A DNA stretch of 62,679 nucleotides, filler included, from Rhabdomonas costata (Eukaryota): NCBI GenBank assembly GCA_019059605.1. It is 35 parts of 35 records of this genome, joined end to end, with 100 filler letters (N's around TTAATTAATTAA, not from the genome) between each part and the next. Parts side by side here need not be neighbours in the genome. Positions count along the whole stretch, not along the records: positions 60,986 to 62,679 come from JAHMHO010010555.1; 34 more parts are not named here. One strand, given 5' to 3'. This document shows positions 61,140-62,679 of the stretch, in pieces. The notes beneath the pieces are model-generated. The model saw nothing but the letters and a program-made list of their open reading frames with translations, searched no databases and was not told where the DNA came from. A program made the position numbers and the translations under genes. How positions within the stretch are numbered: the first letter of the stretch is position 1; every line of letters starts with the position of its first letter.

Positions 61140-62679
61140 GTGGAAGAATTGAAAGATTTTCGGAGAGTGCCGGATCAAGTTGCAATTGTGTATGCGACGG
61201 GAGCTTTGAGATCGTTTGCAAGTGGAATCATTGCCACGAATCAGACTTTTATCGATTGGGTAAACTTTACGAGTACGCTGAGAAAAAGATTTTGTCCGCC
61301 TACGTGGGAATACAACATTTTATGGAGGCTGGAGAAATTGAAAATTGTGAACGGATATTTTCAGCGCGGGTCGAAATTCTTTGGCAATGACTCGGTTCGA
61401 CAACGCAGCACAATTGCAGTATATGTTTGTAAGACGGTTCGCGGGGACATACAAGTCAAAGCGGACGAGCCGCAGACATTGGACGAGGCATTATAGAAGG
61501 CCTGGGACTACTTTCGGAAGCCGAGACTCCCACCCCAAGTCATTGTTGCAGTGCCCGAGTCGTCGTTGCAGAAAGCAGTGGTAACAGAGGGTGCAGGCAT
61601 GGAGTTGGATGCGATGCGTTATGGCTACACGACTTTTTCTGGCAGTACGGCGTTTCTCACTCCAGGTGATAAAGGAAAAGAGATGGTGTCGTGATTTTCG
61701 TTTGGTGGAGCGAGCGCTTCGGTTGCATTGCCAGGAGTGCCGAATCTGTTTTCAGCCCACCAACTCTGGCTGCAACAGTTCCAGCGAGTAATGTAATGTT
61801 TACTGCCCCACCGCAGATTAACGCCGCAATGACACCTTCGCCAGATCGGAGATACTTCCAAGGAAGAGGCGAGGGAAGTTATGGAGGCGGTAGAAACTTT
61901 GGTGGACGTGGCAGAGGTTTTGGTTACGCGAGGTCGCCTTCTCCAAGGAGAGGTGGCAGGCCGAGAATTCCGACGCCACCGTTAGTGCAGAGGGGATGTT
62001 CACCAGAGAAGCCACGTATGGCAGCTAGCATGTTGCAGCATCCAGCGAAGACCACGTTTGCACGATCAGGCTTAGAAGAGGCGAAGCCACCAGAGCATCT
62101 AGCGCGCGTATGTTTCTATTGCTGAAGTGGTTATCACTTCTACAGATACTGTGAGCTTGCAAAGACATAGTTGCTCGTAAGAGCAGGAGTTACCCAATGT
62201 GTAACCGCGTTTGCGAAAAGATCAGAGAGCCCAAAATAGATGGGTTTGGACGCTGGGCCTCTCTTTCCCCATCTAATGGGCCAACGAGTCAGCAGAAATA
62301 GAAGTTCCCAGAGTGTTGTTGAGAAGAGGCAGTTCAAGCAATTTTGGTTGCACAAAGTGTGGCAGGAGGTAGAGAATTGAAGAAAACGGTGCACAGTGCA
62401 GCCGCAGTTTCTTGGAAAATCTCCCAGACCCACCTCCCACGCAGCCTTTGTTGTTTATACCTCTTCTAATTGGGATGAGACAGGCGAGAGCTTTGGTGGA
62501 CTAAGGTGCGTCTGACTCTTTCATTAGTCAGGACGTTGTCTATCAGTTGCATTTGCAGACCTACCCACTAAGACAGATGCTGACAGTGAGAGTAGCAAAT
62601 TGAGATGGGTTGAATGTTACTCACTTTGTTTGTGTGTCAGGGGGATTTGGAGAAATTCCTGTGACGTTGTACTTACGAG
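61140..62679 (+). mobile_element. Decayed Ty3/Gypsy-like LTR retrotransposon, gag-protease region
   Basis: Gag-like DWVNFTSTLRKRFCP and PQTLDEAL, RG-rich stretch, zinc knuckle CFYC*SGYHFYRYC (62111-62152, CX2CX4HX4C), aspartic protease ALVD*GASDSFIS and VRVAN*; in-frame stops and frameshifts. Confidence 0.85.

Noticed and set aside
289-62433. Most entries in the six-frame ORF track
   Set aside because: Short, overlapping, intronic or antisense frames with no motifs, many running into Ns; real coding sequence is fragmented into exons.
62499-62603. Stop-codon reassignment suggested by in-frame TAA/TGA in the protease
   Set aside because: It would need TAA=Ser and TGA=Gly, the element is also frameshifted, and host genes end in TAA (eRF1) and TGA (GAS8).

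Overview
This window is not contiguous DNA. It is 35 unrelated contigs of about 1.69 kb each, joined by an artificial N44-TTAATTAATTAA-N44 spacer, so gene order across spacers means nothing. Many contig ends are G/T-only at the 5' end and A/C-only at the 3' end, some carry a whole-genome-amplification primer remnant, and four have fold-back inverted repeats, all pointing to an amplified-cell library. The source is an intron-dense flagellated eukaryote using the standard code. Manual exon joining with phase-consistent splice sites recovered fragments of a hemerythrin domain, an LMBR1-like protein, GT61, two PDR-type ABCG segments, an EFM7-like methyltransferase, GH65, eRF1, a DUF2235/Tle1-like hydrolase, Hip/ST13, a C2 domain, an intronless alpha/beta hydrolase, SRPK, SAPS, an AdoMetDC-like protein, a class III nucleotide cyclase and GAS8/DRC4, plus a decayed Ty3/Gypsy gag-protease. 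Donor consensus (GTNYG) and protein style suggest a euglenozoan, probably a euglenid (inference). Best leads: (1) a prozyme-like AdoMetDC paralog, (2) a GT-AC intron splitting the SRPK catalytic loop, (3) a short hairpin-forming non-GT intron candidate in Hip. Family assignments come from motif recognition from memory; no database search was run.
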